Shown one piece after another: positions 34,897-36,048 of a DNA stretch of 36,048 nt. The notes beneath the pieces were generated by a model. It saw only the letters and a program-made list of their open reading frames with translations, was not told the origin of the DNA and ran no database searches. A program made the translations under genes and the position numbers. Source of the stretch: a virus (Duplodnaviria; Caudoviricetes); the IMG/VR virus record IMGVR_UViG_3300027820_000556, positions 1 to 36,048 of that record; one strand, 5' to 3'. Numbering within the stretch: the stretch's first letter is position 1; every line of letters starts with the position of its first letter.

Positions 34897-35933
34897 GTTC
34901 GGAACTCCTTGGTTTTGAGGAAATCTTCGGGAATGTTATATCCCCATGCGTTCGCCTGTAGTGCTGTTTTCATTTCGATGGGGACGGATAGGGAAAACCG
35001 CCTCCCCGTCCCGCATGTAACCCGGAGGAATTTCGCCATCCCAACATCGGGAAGCTCTACCTCAACTAACTCCCCGATTTGCGGGTCATCGTCCGTGTCG
35101 ATGGTCCTTGCGTTTAGCTCGTTAAGGATGCGCTCCCACCCAATAATTTCACAAGCCGCGCGCCGTTGCTCTAGATTTCCGTGCGTTAAAGCGGTTGCGG
35201 GCGTTAGCTTTTCAGGTGTTTCTATCCATTCCTTCGGCACATTCGTTCCATGCCAAGCCCAAACGGAAAAGCTGTCCGGGTAGGCAATTGCAGGCCCGGT
35301 TGCGGAGTGGGGGCGCTTCTCTTCGTCTAAATTAACGGCGGACGTTCTTTCGGAAACCCAGCACGTTTCTTTGTGGGGCAACCACCACCCTGCGGATTTT
35401 GCAACACGCATGACGCCGGAGAGGGGTTTTATTTCTTCGGCAAGACCGCATACGTCGGAGAAATACTCATAAAAAGCGAGCCAATGGGCGTCGTGTTGCC
35501 CGTACTCGCTGTCCCCACCGCTGTCCCCAACGCTGGCCCGAACGCTGGCCCGAACGCTGTCCCGAACGCTGTCCCCAACGCCGGCCCCAACGCCGGCCCA
35601 AACGCTGTCCCGAACGCTGTCCCCAACGCTGGCCCAAACGCCGGCCCCAACGCTGGCCCAAACGCCGGCCCCAACGCTGCCCCGGGCCATAGCCAACGGG
35701 GAGCCGCACCAAACAATCTTTGGCGCCCTTAATCCTGCGATAGCGTAAGCCTCCACAATACCCGCCTCCGCTTCCTTGCGGTCGGCTGGCGCGGTGCAAA
35801 GCCCTATGTCAATCCACTTATCGCGGTACTCTGGAATCCGCGCCTCCTGTTCGGGCGTTAAGAGCTCAATTTTCCTCCTAGAACGGCACTTCGTCATCAA
35901 ACCCGTCCTCCCGGTTGTCTTCCGGCTTCCCAT
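34893..35933 (-). CDS. DUF6745-like protein with tetrapeptide repeats (true start probably near 35870-35897)
   Basis: LTPEQ..IP...W...GL, YGQHDA.WL.FY, GWW.P, H...GPAI.YPD.F....WHG and N.E.RR motifs. Confidence 0.8.
   Translation of the reverse strand: MGSRKTTGRTGLMTKCRSRRKIELLTPEQEARIPEYRDKWIDIGLCTAPADRKEAEAGIVEAYAIAGLRAPKIVWCGSPLAMARGSVGAGVWASVGAGVWASVGDSVRDSVWAGVGAGVGDSVRDSVRASVRASVGDSGGDSEYGQHDAHWLAFYEYFSDVCGLAEEIKPLSGVMRVAKSAGWWLPHKETCWVSERTSAVNLDEEKRPHSATGPAIAYPDSFSVWAWHGTNVPKEWIETPEKLTPATALTHGNLEQRRAACEIIGWERILNELNARTIDTDDDPQIGELVEVELPDVGMAKFLRVTCGTGRRFSLSVPIEMKTALQANAWGYNIPEDFLKTKEFRT
35509..35676 (-). repeat. 14 x 12-bp coding tandem repeat
   Basis: Minus-strand unit G(A/C)C (A/G)GC GTT (T/C/G)GG. 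Confidence 0.95.
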
Positions 35934-36048
35934 CCAACATCACAATGTCGCCCCGATAGCGGGCCAGCACGACCTCGGTCGTATATTTTTCCACGCCGCT
36001 TTTATCCGTCCATTTTCGCGTTTGCAGCGTGCCCTCAAGATAGACCTT
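35878..36048 (-). CDS. ssb: Single-stranded DNA-binding protein, C-terminal part (not in ORF track)
   Basis: Manual translation [28 protein letters not shown]...FDDEVPF*; runs off the window edge. Confidence 0.93.
   Translation of the reverse strand, partial: KVYLEGTLQTRKWTDKSGVEKYTTEVVLARYRGDIVMLDGKPEDNREDGFDDEVPF

Larger units (their letters stand above)
1..36048. mobile_element. Tailed phage (P22-like podovirus) genome or prophage, near-complete and circularly permuted
   Basis: Terminase-portal-scaffold-coat-adaptor-nozzle-ejection-fibre-lysis order. No tape measure or sheath gene. The leftward early genes at both window edges appear to belong to one operon. No host housekeeping genes seen. 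Confidence 0.95.

Noticed and set aside
35509-35676. CRISPR array
   Set aside because: Units are contiguous 12-mers with no unique spacers, they lie in frame within a CDS, and no cas genes are present
1-36048. tRNA/rRNA genes, integrase, DNA or RNA polymerase, stop-codon reassignment
   Set aside because: None recognised by eye; core genes read intact in the standard code with all three stops used. A tRNAscan run would be needed to exclude tRNAs fully.

Overview
The window looks like most of a circularly permuted, P22-like podovirus genome, with a probable alphaproteobacterial host (inferred from the style of the DnaB, DnaA and IS fragments). A leftward early operon is split across the window ends. 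It includes ERF annealase, YqaJ exonuclease, three repeat proteins and a partial SSB at the right edge. The rest, in order: a cro-like switch with no visible cI or integrase; a rightward nin/replication block; an accessory leftward gene array (9.6-11.0 kb); terminase, portal, scaffold, coat, adaptor, nozzle, ejection and tail-fibre genes; and lysis genes. Notable signals read directly from the sequence: (i) a complete 776-bp non-autonomous IS1-family element with inverted repeats and an 8-bp target duplication, plus a second solo right end grafted onto a phage gene; (ii) a gene array with repeated start-associated leaders and a three-way-junction RNA carrying an anti-SD loop; (iii) a two-gene module with a combinatorial 12-bp coding repeat; (iv) a glycosyltransferase-methyltransferase fusion just downstream of the coat gene; (v) DnaA domains I and IV on two separate genes; (vi) a frameshifted poly-Cys DNA methylase; (vii) an unannotated ArfA-like peptide; (viii) many internally deleted gene remnants. 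Family names come from recalled motifs, not from database searches.
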